Origin: Candidatus Pacearchaeota archaeon
GTDB taxonomy: Archaea > Nanobdellota > Nanobdellia > Pacearchaeales > GW2011-AR1
Assembly (NCBI GenBank): GCA_018221305.1
Contig: JAAOYK010000051.1
Span: 20,085-84,084, forward strand
Direction of reading: 5' to 3'
Length of the DNA stretch: 64,000 nt
Shown: positions 10,206 to 19,204 of the stretch, one piece after another
Layout of the letters: every line of letters starts with the position of its first letter
How positions within the stretch are numbered: position 1 is the first letter of the stretch
Made by a program: the position numbers and the translations under genes
Notes under the pieces: model-generated
What the model was told of the DNA's origin: nothing
The model's input: only the letters and a program-made list of their open reading frames with translations
Database searches by the model: none

Positions 10206-10898
10206 ATGTTAGCATTAATAACCCAACGAGATTTTGCAGACCCAAAACTTGGAAAGCTAGACGCATTAGAACAAAACTATGTTGATTACTATCATCAAGA
10301 CTGGGGCTTTACTCTGGTTCCAGTTTCAACACAAACCAAAGTTTTAGGATCATACTTTGATCTAGACCCTTCTTTAATAATCCTTTCAGGAGGCAATGAT
10401 ATTTCTCCAGACCTCTATAATGGAAAACCCTTTCCTAGCACATCAATATCTAAACAAAGGGACAGACTCGAGAGAAAAATAATATCAGCAGCCATAAACA
10501 GAAAAATTCCAATACTTGGTGAATGTCGTGGCATGCAACTTTTAAACACTTATTTTAAAGGAACCTTGCTACCAGACATTAAGCAATCTTACCAAGAAAA
10601 CCATACCGCAACAACACATCCAATCCAAATAATTCATGAAGATCTTGCAAAAACACTTGGCATAAAAAACGCTACAGTTAATTCATACCATAATCAAGGC
10701 ATTACAGAAAAAGAATTATCACCCCAGCTAAAGGCTTTCGCAAAAACAAAAAATGGAATTATTGAAGGCATATATCACCCAAACTTACCAATTCTTGGCA
10801 TAATGTGGCATCCAGAACGAGGAGACTGTACAAAACAAGTTAGTGAAAAAATAATCGACACTTTCTTAAGAGATAAAAACTATTTTACAAAGACTTAA
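10206..10898 (+). CDS. Class I glutamine amidotransferase / peptidase C26; probable gamma-glutamyl-CDP-amidate hydrolase (Cj1417-like)
   Basis: LSGGND, catalytic Cys in GECRGMQ, VNSYHNQG, His-Glu in MWHPER. Confidence 0.85.
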   Translation: MLALITQRDFADPKLGKLDALEQNYVDYYHQDWGFTLVPVSTQTKVLGSYFDLDPSLIILSGGNDISPDLYNGKPFPSTSISKQRDRLERKIISAAINRKIPILGECRGMQLLNTYFKGTLLPDIKQSYQENHTATTHPIQIIHEDLAKTLGIKNATVNSYHNQGITEKELSPQLKAFAKTKNGIIEGIYHPNLPILGIMWHPERGDCTKQVSEKIIDTFLRDKNYFTKT

Positions 10899-11994
10899 TC
10901 TTTGACCTTATTTTTAAATCATCATGTGCTAGATGCAAAACTTCTTTTAAAATCCAAAACAGTTTAACTAATGGCCTACCAATCAATGGCACCATGTATA
11001 ATATTCTTAAACCTCTCAAACCAAAACTTCTTAATCCTTTATAATGACCATTTATCATAGATAATGACAAATTTCGTCTTGTAGCAAAATATTCAACCCA
11101 CAACGGTTCAAACATTTTACGCTTTTTATAATCAAACATTGTAAACATGTCTGAGAACATAAACTGTGTAAAATTAATCTCAGCAGTTGACATTTTATCT
11201 TCCCATTTTGGTTTAGCAAAAACAGGGTTTGGAACATCACTTAAAACACCAGTAATCGATGTTACTCTTTGCTTATTCATACCATAAAAAGGTAGTCCAA
11301 AAAAAGTTGCAGAATTTATTGTTTTATCTTTACTTATCTTTAACCAATCAACTAATACTTGTTTTATCTTTTCATAATCAGTATGCAATGTTTCATGCCG
11401 TATTACCAACATATCCATTTTTCTCTTTTTCTTTAACTTCTTATATAAATTTAATGTACTACGCAAAATCATAACTGCAGCAACTAAGGATTCAGTCTTT
11501 TTCCCTCCAAGAAAGCTCGACCTGGGGTCTCTAGCCAAAAATAACATTTTTTGTTTAGGAAAATGTCCTACCATCTCCAAGAAAACATCTGGCCAATGCG
11601 AATGTGCAAAAATATATTTTACTTTTTTCAAATCCTTTTTAAAATGTCGGGCATAGGCATAATGAACCCCAATAAAAACAGTTTTTGCACTTATCCCGAA
11701 TTCATCAATATACTCTTTAAAATATTTTCTAAATTCCTTTTTTGGAAATTTTTTTTCTAAATCATAATTTCCAATATACATATCAACACGCTCCTTCATA
11801 CGGTTATAATTCAAATCAACAAGATCTTCAAAGTTTTTACCTTTTACATCCTTTTCTCGCAAATAATAAAATATAATAGTTACAATTTCCGGATGTCCAT
11901 CAAAAAGCCCTTGCATAAAAACACTACTAGCCCTACCAAAAGGAATCATATTTATCAAGTTAATCTTGTCGGGGTGAAAATTATGAAAAATCAT
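10885..11994 (-). CDS. Sulfotransferase-fold (P-loop) protein
   Basis: 5'-PSB-like PFGRASSVFMQGLFDGHPEI, 3'-PB-like FLARDPRSS, and IRHETLHTD. Start moved to ATG 11994 because the longer ORF overlaps the divergent gene and 11994 lies about 25 bp downstream of a TATA box. Confidence 0.7.
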   Translation of the reverse strand: MIFHNFHPDKINLINMIPFGRASSVFMQGLFDGHPEIVTIIFYYLREKDVKGKNFEDLVDLNYNRMKERVDMYIGNYDLEKKFPKKEFRKYFKEYIDEFGISAKTVFIGVHYAYARHFKKDLKKVKYIFAHSHWPDVFLEMVGHFPKQKMLFLARDPRSSFLGGKKTESLVAAVMILRSTLNLYKKLKKKRKMDMLVIRHETLHTDYEKIKQVLVDWLKISKDKTINSATFFGLPFYGMNKQRVTSITGVLSDVPNPVFAKPKWEDKMSTAEINFTQFMFSDMFTMFDYKKRKMFEPLWVEYFATRRNLSLSMINGHYKGLRSFGLRGLRILYMVPLIGRPLVKLFWILKEVLHLAHDDLKIRSKIKSL

Positions 11995-12005
11995 CTTGGT
12001 TTTAT

Positions 12006-12038
12006 ACCAAAAACCAAATTTATAAACTCTTATTTGCT
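12006..12038. repeat. 33-bp direct repeat, copy 2; contains the TATA box in the divergent intergenic region
   Basis: accaaaaaccaaatttataaactcttatttgct; one mismatch relative to 5612-5644. Confidence 0.9.
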
Positions 12039-12047
12039 CAAAAAACA

Positions 12048-13310
12048 ATGATTGAATATATAATATTAGCCTTATTTTTAGGAATTTTAGCCGGAACATT
12101 TACAGGCCTAATACCAGGAATTCATATAAATTTAATAACAGTAATACTTTTAGGCCTTTCTGCAACATTACTTTCTATCACAACACCACTTATTTTAGTA
12201 ATCTTTATTGTATCAATGTCAATAACTCACACATTTATTGACTACATACCTTCAATATTTTTAGGAGCACCTGATGAAGATTCTTTTTTATCAATTCTTC
12301 CAGGTCATCAGTTATTACTTAAAGGCAGGGCGTATCCTGCAGTAATCCTTACATTATACGGAAGTTTAACAGCCTTACTAATCATCCTAATATTTACTCC
12401 ATTATTTTTATATATTCTTCCAAAAGTCTACCCATTTCTTAGCCAAATTATTTGGGTCATACTTCTCATAGTCTCTTTATACATAATTTTAGACGAAGGC
12501 GGGCTTTCAAAAAAAGGTTTTATATTAAACTATAACAAAAAATTATGGGCACTAATTATTTTCATTTTGGCAGGATTTTTAGGCATAACAACATTAAACT
12601 TAAACATCTCCCAACCCCTACTTCCACTACTCACAGGACTATTTGGAGCAAGCAGCATTATTTTAAGCATTAAGCATAAAACAAAAGTACCAAAACAGAA
12701 AATTATTCCATTAAAAGAAATAAGATTAAACAAAAAGTCAGCAATTAAAGCTACAATAGGATCTATTATTGCATCCCCATTTACTGCATTTCTTCCAGGC
12801 CTTGGAGCAAGTACTGCCGCAGTCATAGGCAAATCAGCAACAAGAATAAAAGATCAACGCGAATTCTTATTTTTACTTGGAGCAATTAATACAATTGTTA
12901 TGGGTCTCTCATTTATAACATTATACGCAGTAGGCAAAACACGAACAGGAGCTGCTATCGCAGTTTCACAGCTGATTCCAGAATTAACACACATAAATCT
13001 GATCTATATAATAGCAGTAATATTATTTTCAGGAATAATAGCCGCGGTTATAACAATTCTATTATCAAAACTTATTGCAAAAAATATACATCGTTTTAAT
13101 TATGCGAAAATCTCATTAGTTGTTCTAGGAATTTTATTTTTTCTGGTCTTCTTACTCTCAGACATGTTAAACCTGATTGGAGGATTAATTGGCTTAATAG
13201 TCTTTATAACAGCTACTGCTCTTGGCCTTTTTGCAATTCAATTAGGAATTAAAAGAATACATCTTATGGGTTGTTTAATAATCCCAATAATTTTGTTTTA
13301 TCTGCTTTAA
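12048..13310 (+). CDS. Tripartite tricarboxylate transporter permease TctA family (archaeal DUF112 type)
   Basis: GTFTGLIPGIHIN, IPSIFLGAPD, LPGH, FLPGLG motifs; polytopic membrane protein. Confidence 0.85.
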   Translation: MIEYIILALFLGILAGTFTGLIPGIHINLITVILLGLSATLLSITTPLILVIFIVSMSITHTFIDYIPSIFLGAPDEDSFLSILPGHQLLLKGRAYPAVILTLYGSLTALLIILIFTPLFLYILPKVYPFLSQIIWVILLIVSLYIILDEGGLSKKGFILNYNKKLWALIIFILAGFLGITTLNLNISQPLLPLLTGLFGASSIILSIKHKTKVPKQKIIPLKEIRLNKKSAIKATIGSIIASPFTAFLPGLGASTAAVIGKSATRIKDQREFLFLLGAINTIVMGLSFITLYAVGKTRTGAAIAVSQLIPELTHINLIYIIAVILFSGIIAAVITILLSKLIAKNIHRFNYAKISLVVLGILFFLVFLLSDMLNLIGGLIGLIVFITATALGLFAIQLGIKRIHLMGCLIIPIILFYLL

Positions 13311-13342
13311 ATAATTACTAAAATAAAATTAAGAAAATGATT

Positions 13343-14674
13343 TTAATTTTCGCCCCAACAATCAAGACATAGTTCTTCTCTTGGCTTTTGTATAGCTTCT
13401 TCTAAATCTTCAATAGTTGCATAAAATAATCCATCCAAGCCCCGAGTTTCTCGGATCTGATCTAAACTCATCCTCTGAGCAATACAATCACTAGCTTTTT
13501 CAGTAGATTTTCCATAACTACATGCAGCCATCAAAGGTGGGCATGCAATCATTGCATAAACTGCTTTTGCACCCATTTCTTTTAATCTTTTAGTTTGTAT
13601 CTGCGTTTGAGTCCCTCTAACAATTGAATCATCCACAACAACAATACGTTTTCCTTCAATTATTTCCCTAACCGGAATTAACTTCTCCTCTGCAACTTCA
13701 TGCCTTTCAACATCAGTTCCTGGAGTAAAACTTCTTCCACAGTAATCAAATTTCTTAAAAACTTCTAAATAATCAGTACCCAGTTTCTTTGACAAAACAT
13801 TAGCTACACCTGTTGAATGGCATCTTCCAGAATTTGGAATAGGAGAAACAATATCAGCATCAATTTCATCTCCATACCTTTTAGCAAGCAAAGCGCCAAT
13901 AGCATTTCTTGCCAACTCAACACTTCTCCCATCAATGACTGATGCAGGATGTGCGGTATAAACCCATTCAAAAGTTCCATATTTAATAGGTTTCAAATCA
14001 AATTTCTTAACACTATGAATTCCTTCATTATCCAATAAAACAACTTCTCCAGGCTCAACATCACGCACAATTTCAAATCCTGGGTTAATAAATGAGACAC
14101 TTTCAGAAGAAACAGCATAAGATTTTTTTTCAATATGTTTTCCAAGTATCAATGGTTTTCTTCCCCAACCTCTTGCAGCATAAACGCCCTGAGGAGTTAA
14201 GGCAGTAACTGCAAAATCCCCTTGCATTTTATCAATCAAACTTTCAATTCCAGTCTCAAAATCTGGTTCTCTTGCAATAATTTTAGAGATTAAAACACTA
14301 TCACAAATTTCTTCAGGATTATGATACCCTGAAAAGCTACAATTATCTTTCAAAAGATCATTTTTAATCTCATCATAATTTAGTAGATTACCATCATAAC
14401 ATAACATCATTCCCCCAGAATTAGACAATTCTGAGACAGGTTCACGATTTCCAGAAACACTCCCAATAACATAGTTCCCTTGCATATGTCTTAATCTTTC
14501 TTTTGTAAAACTTTGCTTAATTAATCCTTTGTGAGTAGAATTTTTTAATTTATTATCATCATTTTTCCAAGCTAAACCAGAATATCCTTCAGAACGGTTT
14601 TGTAAATAAAAAGTACAAGTTAATGCATCTTTCATACAATCATCTTCAGACACTACACCTACAATACCACTCAT
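13343..14674 (-). CDS. purF: Amidophosphoribosyltransferase-like protein lacking the N-terminal catalytic Cys
   Basis: Ntn-like N-domain (MSGIVG, DGNLLN, RGWGRKPL), FEWVY, PIPNSG, PRPP motif VVVDDSIVRGTQ, C-terminal LCLDC. Confidence 0.85.
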   Translation of the reverse strand: MSGIVGVVSEDDCMKDALTCTFYLQNRSEGYSGLAWKNDDNKLKNSTHKGLIKQSFTKERLRHMQGNYVIGSVSGNREPVSELSNSGGMMLCYDGNLLNYDEIKNDLLKDNCSFSGYHNPEEICDSVLISKIIAREPDFETGIESLIDKMQGDFAVTALTPQGVYAARGWGRKPLILGKHIEKKSYAVSSESVSFINPGFEIVRDVEPGEVVLLDNEGIHSVKKFDLKPIKYGTFEWVYTAHPASVIDGRSVELARNAIGALLAKRYGDEIDADIVSPIPNSGRCHSTGVANVLSKKLGTDYLEVFKKFDYCGRSFTPGTDVERHEVAEEKLIPVREIIEGKRIVVVDDSIVRGTQTQIQTKRLKEMGAKAVYAMIACPPLMAACSYGKSTEKASDCIAQRMSLDQIRETRGLDGLFYATIEDLEEAIQKPREELCLDCWGEN

Positions 14675-14839
14675 TTTTTTTAAACACCTTTTCTCTACTT
14701 AAAAAAAATTTTTCCTTTTTAAATTCAATGGTACTTTAACCTATACTTTTGCCTATAACCCACAAAAATATACCACTCCACAATAAAACAAAAAAAATGT
14801 AAGATTTATAAACTAGAATTAACACGTAATTGCATTCAG

Positions 14840-17086
14840 ATGGTAGAAAAAAACGAAGGTTCTAGCTCGTTAAAAGATCAAAATCTATGTTGCTTTTTAA
14901 GCAATTATCCCCCAAAAGAGTGTGGGATAGCAACGTTTGCTAAAGACCTACTTTTTGCAATGAACAAAAGATTTAATCCTAGATTAAAATCTCGTGTGAT
15001 CGCTTTAGATGATTCAACAAGCATATATAATTATGATAAAAATGTTATCATGCAGATTAATAAGGAAAGCATAGACAGTTATATTGAACATGCCAAAAAT
15101 GTCAATAATAACCCAGACATAAAACTAGTTTGCATACAGCACGAATTTGGGATTTTTGGAGGAGAATACGGGAAAAACTTGATTCCATTTTTAGAACATG
15201 TTGAAAAACCAGTAGTTATCACATTTCATAGTGTACTTCCAGATCCTGATGAAGAAAGGAGAGAAGTTGTTAAGAAAATTGTAGCCAAATCTTCTGCAAT
15301 AGTTGTCATGGCAGATATCGCAGTAGAGATATTAAATAGAGATTACGGGATTGATAAAAGCAAATTATATGTCATACGTCATGGCATCCCAAACGTACCT
15401 TTTTATCCAAGCACTTATTTTAAAAAACGCCTAAACTTAAAAAATCGCACCGTACTTTCAACATTTGGACTTTTAAGCAGAGGAAAAGGAATAGAAGATG
15501 CTATTGAATCATTAGTCCCTTTAGTTAAAAAGTATCCAAACATCCTTTACTTAATAATTGGTGAAACTCATCCAGCAATAAGAAAAAATGAAGGAGAAGT
15601 TTATCGTGAAGAATTAATCAAAAAGGTTGAAAGTTTAGGCCTGCAAAATAATGTCAAATTTTATAATAAATATTTATCCTTACAAGAAATCATCCAGTAT
15701 TTACTAGCAACAGACATTTATCTATGCACAAACTTAGAAAGAAACCAAATTGTAAGCGGAACTTTATCTTATGCATTAGGATGCGGACGTGCGGTTGTTT
15801 CAACACCAATAATATACGCAGAAGAAATTCTTGCGAACAATGCAGGATTATTAGCAGAATTCAAAAATCCAGAATCATTTTCAAATGCTATTGAACGCAT
15901 TTTATCAGATAAGACGCTACGTACAGACATTGAAAGAAATGCATACCAGAAAAGCAGATCAATGATTTGGTCAAATGTTGCAGCAAGATATCTAAGTACA
16001 TTTAACAGGGTCGTAAGGCTTAGAGAAGAAACAACAAAAAAGTATCCTCCAGTAAAAATGAATCACCTATACTCATTAACAGACAATCTTGGATGTATCC
16101 AATTTTCAAGAGATGCTGTGCCAGACAAGACCTCAGGTTACACAACAGATGATAATGCACGAGCATTTATCGCTGCTACAATACACCATAACCTAACCAA
16201 ATCAGCAAGATCATTAAAGGCTGCCAAGATTTATTTAGACTTTGTAGAACAAGCTCAAGAAAAAAATGGAAATTTTAAAAACAATTTTCAAAATGAAAAC
16301 GAAGTCCTAGACACTTATAGCCCAGATTCTTTTGGAAGAACAATGTGGGCACTAGGGTACGCTATAAACAAAAGTAAAGATAAAGACATAAAAATTAAAG
16401 CAAACAAATTATTTCTTAAAGCCCTACCACGCATAAAACAACTGGATGCTGCACGAGCAAAAGCATTTACAATAATTGGACTCACACATTATTACAAAAA
16501 ACGGGGAGGTAGCAAGATAAGGATATTAATTAAATGGCTTGCGAACTCACTTCTCAAACAATACAAACACGAATCAAGTGCAGACTGGCATTGGTTTGAA
16601 AAAAACTTAACCTATTCAAATTCAAAAATACCTGAAGCACTTTTCAGGGCATATGAGATAACAAAAAACAAAAAATATCGTGATGTTGCTGAAAGAACCT
16701 TACACTTCTTGTCAGACATATTATTTGTTAATGACGAAATGATGCCAATTGGACAAGATGGCTGGTTTAATAAAGACGGGAAAAGAGCATTATTTGATCA
16801 ACAACCAGTTGACGTGTCTTCCATGGTACAAACTTATCTCATAGCATCTAAAATAACAGGAGATAAACACTACCATGAAAAAGCAGTTCTAGCCTTTAAC
16901 TGGTTCTTAGGTAGAAATTATCTGAAACAAATGGTTTATAATGAAACAACCGGAGGATGTTTTGACGGATTATCAAAAGACAATGTTAATCTAAATCAAG
17001 GCGCAGAATCAACAATCTCTTACTTAATAGCACGTCTTTTACTTGAAGAGTTCAAGCAAAAAAGTAAGAAAAGAAAAAGGAAATAA
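14840..17086 (+). CDS. GT4 glycosyltransferase fused to a C-terminal (alpha/alpha)-barrel glycosidase-like domain
   Basis: YPPKECGIATF, IQHEFGIFGG, FGLLSRGKG, SGTLSYALGCG; C-terminal GYTTDDNARA, FDQQP, GGCFDGL, NQGAEST. Confidence 0.85.
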   Translation: MVEKNEGSSSLKDQNLCCFLSNYPPKECGIATFAKDLLFAMNKRFNPRLKSRVIALDDSTSIYNYDKNVIMQINKESIDSYIEHAKNVNNNPDIKLVCIQHEFGIFGGEYGKNLIPFLEHVEKPVVITFHSVLPDPDEERREVVKKIVAKSSAIVVMADIAVEILNRDYGIDKSKLYVIRHGIPNVPFYPSTYFKKRLNLKNRTVLSTFGLLSRGKGIEDAIESLVPLVKKYPNILYLIIGETHPAIRKNEGEVYREELIKKVESLGLQNNVKFYNKYLSLQEIIQYLLATDIYLCTNLERNQIVSGTLSYALGCGRAVVSTPIIYAEEILANNAGLLAEFKNPESFSNAIERILSDKTLRTDIERNAYQKSRSMIWSNVAARYLSTFNRVVRLREETTKKYPPVKMNHLYSLTDNLGCIQFSRDAVPDKTSGYTTDDNARAFIAATIHHNLTKSARSLKAAKIYLDFVEQAQEKNGNFKNNFQNENEVLDTYSPDSFGRTMWALGYAINKSKDKDIKIKANKLFLKALPRIKQLDAARAKAFTIIGLTHYYKKRGGSKIRILIKWLANSLLKQYKHESSADWHWFEKNLTYSNSKIPEALFRAYEITKNKKYRDVAERTLHFLSDILFVNDEMMPIGQDGWFNKDGKRALFDQQPVDVSSMVQTYLIASKITGDKHYHEKAVLAFNWFLGRNYLKQMVYNETTGGCFDGLSKDNVNLNQGAESTISYLIARLLLEEFKQKSKKRKRK

Positions 17087-17094
17087 TTTTATTC

Positions 17095-17964
17095 TTAAAC
17101 CCACGTCAAACCCTGGAAATCAAACTTAAAATCAATAACATGCTTTCCAAAATATTTTCTTATTTTACGCTTATCACCAAGAAATAAAATACATCCCCCA
17201 CCCCCAGAGCCACAAACCTTTGCTGCAACAGCCCCATTTCGCATGCCTTGCTTGATTAGTTTTTTTGTTTTAGATGGAACAATAGATTTATGCAATTTCT
17301 CCCTTTCCTTAGTTTCTTCATTCATTAATTCTGCAAACCTTCCTAAGTCATGCTTCAATAAGGCATCCTTCATCTCAATAGCAATATGTTTTATCCTCAA
17401 CAAATTTTTTGTGTTCTTTCCTTTTTTAAGATTTTCAATCATAGAGCCATTAGTATTTCCAGAAAAGTGCGGCTTGCCAGTATAAACCAAAACAAGTTTA
17501 TCCTCAAACTCTTTTATAAACTTCTTGCCCAACTTTAACGGCTTTACTTTTACCTTATCTCCTTTAAACTCAATAAAATTAATTCCACCAAAAGCTGCAG
17601 CATACTGATCCTGTTTTCCTCCAATCAAACCCATAGCTTGCTCTAAAGAATAAACAGTCTCTGCTAATTGCATTTTATTTTTAAAACTAACCCCGCCCTT
17701 CTTCCTCATCTTTATTTGACTAATCAAAGCAAGCCACACCAAATTCATAACTCCACTAGTACCAAGCCCGCTACTTGTAGGCGTATTTCCAGTATATTCC
17801 AAGTGGACATTCTCACTAGTCTTAATAATCTTACCAACAACATATCGATTAATCCCACAATTTAAAACTGCTCCACCATGCGTATGAGTAAACGGATGAA
17901 TATCAGTAGTTCCACCTCCAAAATCGATTCGTACTGGTGCTCGCACTTTTTTAGTTTTTATCAT
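17095..17964 (-). CDS. GHMP-family sugar kinase (HddA/fucokinase-like)
   Basis: APVRIDFGGGTTD, PTSSGLGTSG, GGKQDQYAAAFGG, KVCGSGGGG. Confidence 0.85.
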   Translation of the reverse strand: MIKTKKVRAPVRIDFGGGTTDIHPFTHTHGGAVLNCGINRYVVGKIIKTSENVHLEYTGNTPTSSGLGTSGVMNLVWLALISQIKMRKKGGVSFKNKMQLAETVYSLEQAMGLIGGKQDQYAAAFGGINFIEFKGDKVKVKPLKLGKKFIKEFEDKLVLVYTGKPHFSGNTNGSMIENLKKGKNTKNLLRIKHIAIEMKDALLKHDLGRFAELMNEETKEREKLHKSIVPSKTKKLIKQGMRNGAVAAKVCGSGGGGCILFLGDKRKIRKYFGKHVIDFKFDFQGLTWV

Positions 17965-17971
17965 TTTATGA

Positions 17972-18796
17972 TTAATTCCTGTTTCTTACAAGTAAGCTTG
18001 CCCCTAAACTACCAGGATGATCCAATCGGCTCCATACAATTTTAGTTTTTCTGGGGAGTTTTGAATACTCATACACTTTCTGCTGAATAGGCTTTAAAAG
18101 TTTTGATCCACATTCCCTAACACCCCCAGTCAAAACAACAAGTTCTGGATCAAAAACATTTACTAAAGATCCAACACCCTGACCAATATATGTTGCTAAG
18201 TAATCCAAAATAATCTTTGCATTAGGTCCGCCCTTTTTCAAAACTTCGCTTACATACATATCTTTTTTAAAATACTTTTTAATCAGTTTAGCTTTTTCTT
18301 GCCATAAAGTTTCTAAATCTTTGCCATTATGCAAAACAATATGTCCAAGCTCACCCCCATACCCCTGACCAAGATAAAGCTCATTGTTCATAATTACTCC
18401 ACCACCAACACCAGTGCCCAAGGTTATAACTATAATATTTCTTTTTCTAACACCCATTCGTGCCTCTGCCAAAGCAACACAATTAGCATCATTTTCAACC
18501 TCAACATGAATTTTAAATCTTTTTACTAAATATTTTTTAAGATCAAAATTTCTAATCGGCAGGTTTGGAGGATTTTTTATAATCCCATCTTGTAAAGGTC
18601 CAGGAGAAGAAACACCAATACCTATAACATCTTTATCCATTAAACTAGAAATCATCTCGCACATCTTTTCTAAAATTTCATTTTGAGTTTTTGGTGTCTT
18701 TTCTTTATGATACTCAACAATACAATTTTTTTCAACCAAAGATACACGCAAGTTAGTACCTCCAAGATCAATGGCAATAATTTTATCTACGCCCAT
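17972..18796 (-). CDS. ROK family sugar kinase (glucokinase-like)
   Basis: IDLGGTN, ENDANCVALAE, TLGTGVGGG, GELGH. Probable start MGVDKII at 18796. Confidence 0.9.
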   Translation of the reverse strand: MGVDKIIAIDLGGTNLRVSLVEKNCIVEYHKEKTPKTQNEILEKMCEMISSLMDKDVIGIGVSSPGPLQDGIIKNPPNLPIRNFDLKKYLVKRFKIHVEVENDANCVALAEARMGVRKRNIIVITLGTGVGGGVIMNNELYLGQGYGGELGHIVLHNGKDLETLWQEKAKLIKKYFKKDMYVSEVLKKGGPNAKIILDYLATYIGQGVGSLVNVFDPELVVLTGGVRECGSKLLKPIQQKVYEYSKLPRKTKIVWSRLDHPGSLGASLLVRNRN

Positions 18797-19118
18797 ATTT
18801 ATCCTCCAAACGAATTTCATCATTCTGATCAAAATGCCCTAAGCTTACTTCCAATACTTCAACCTTTTTCCCTTTAGAAAATATACGGTGCGCTTGCATT
18901 TTTTGAATCGTAATAGTATCACCTTTTTTCATTTTCTTTTCTCGCTTTCCTAACTGCACCCAACCGTCTGTTAAAAAATGCCAAACTTCTTTTCGCTTCC
19001 TATGTTTTTGTAAACTCAATATCTGAAAAGGTTTAACTATTAAAATCTTCACAGTAGACAATTCATTGTGTATGAAATGTTTTTCCCCACCCCAAGGTTT
19101 CTTAACAGACTTCACCAT
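18783..19118 (-). CDS. Mannose-6-phosphate isomerase type II C-terminal cupin
   Basis: KPWGG, LSLQKHRKRKEVW, HRI, EVSLG, DEIRLEDKYGR. Confidence 0.88.
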   Translation of the reverse strand: MVKSVKKPWGGEKHFIHNELSTVKILIVKPFQILSLQKHRKRKEVWHFLTDGWVQLGKREKKMKKGDTITIQKMQAHRIFSKGKKVEVLEVSLGHFDQNDEIRLEDKYGRR

Positions 19119-19204
19119 CTTTTTCTTAATTAAATAAACTAAAAATCATTTAAATAGGTTTGGATTCAGGAAAGCTTTATTAATAAAATAAAACATTCTC
19201 AGAT

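Noticed and set aside
11995..12099. 35-aa N-terminal extension of the sulfotransferase-fold ORF
   Set aside because: It overlaps the divergent tctA-like gene and spans the TATA-containing repeat; ATG 11994 is more plausible.
17095..17964. Heptose (GDP-manno-heptose) pathway linked to the MeOPN cluster
   Set aside because: No gmhA, gmhB or hddC is seen, and the kinase sits in the ROK/PMI operon, so its substrate is undetermined.
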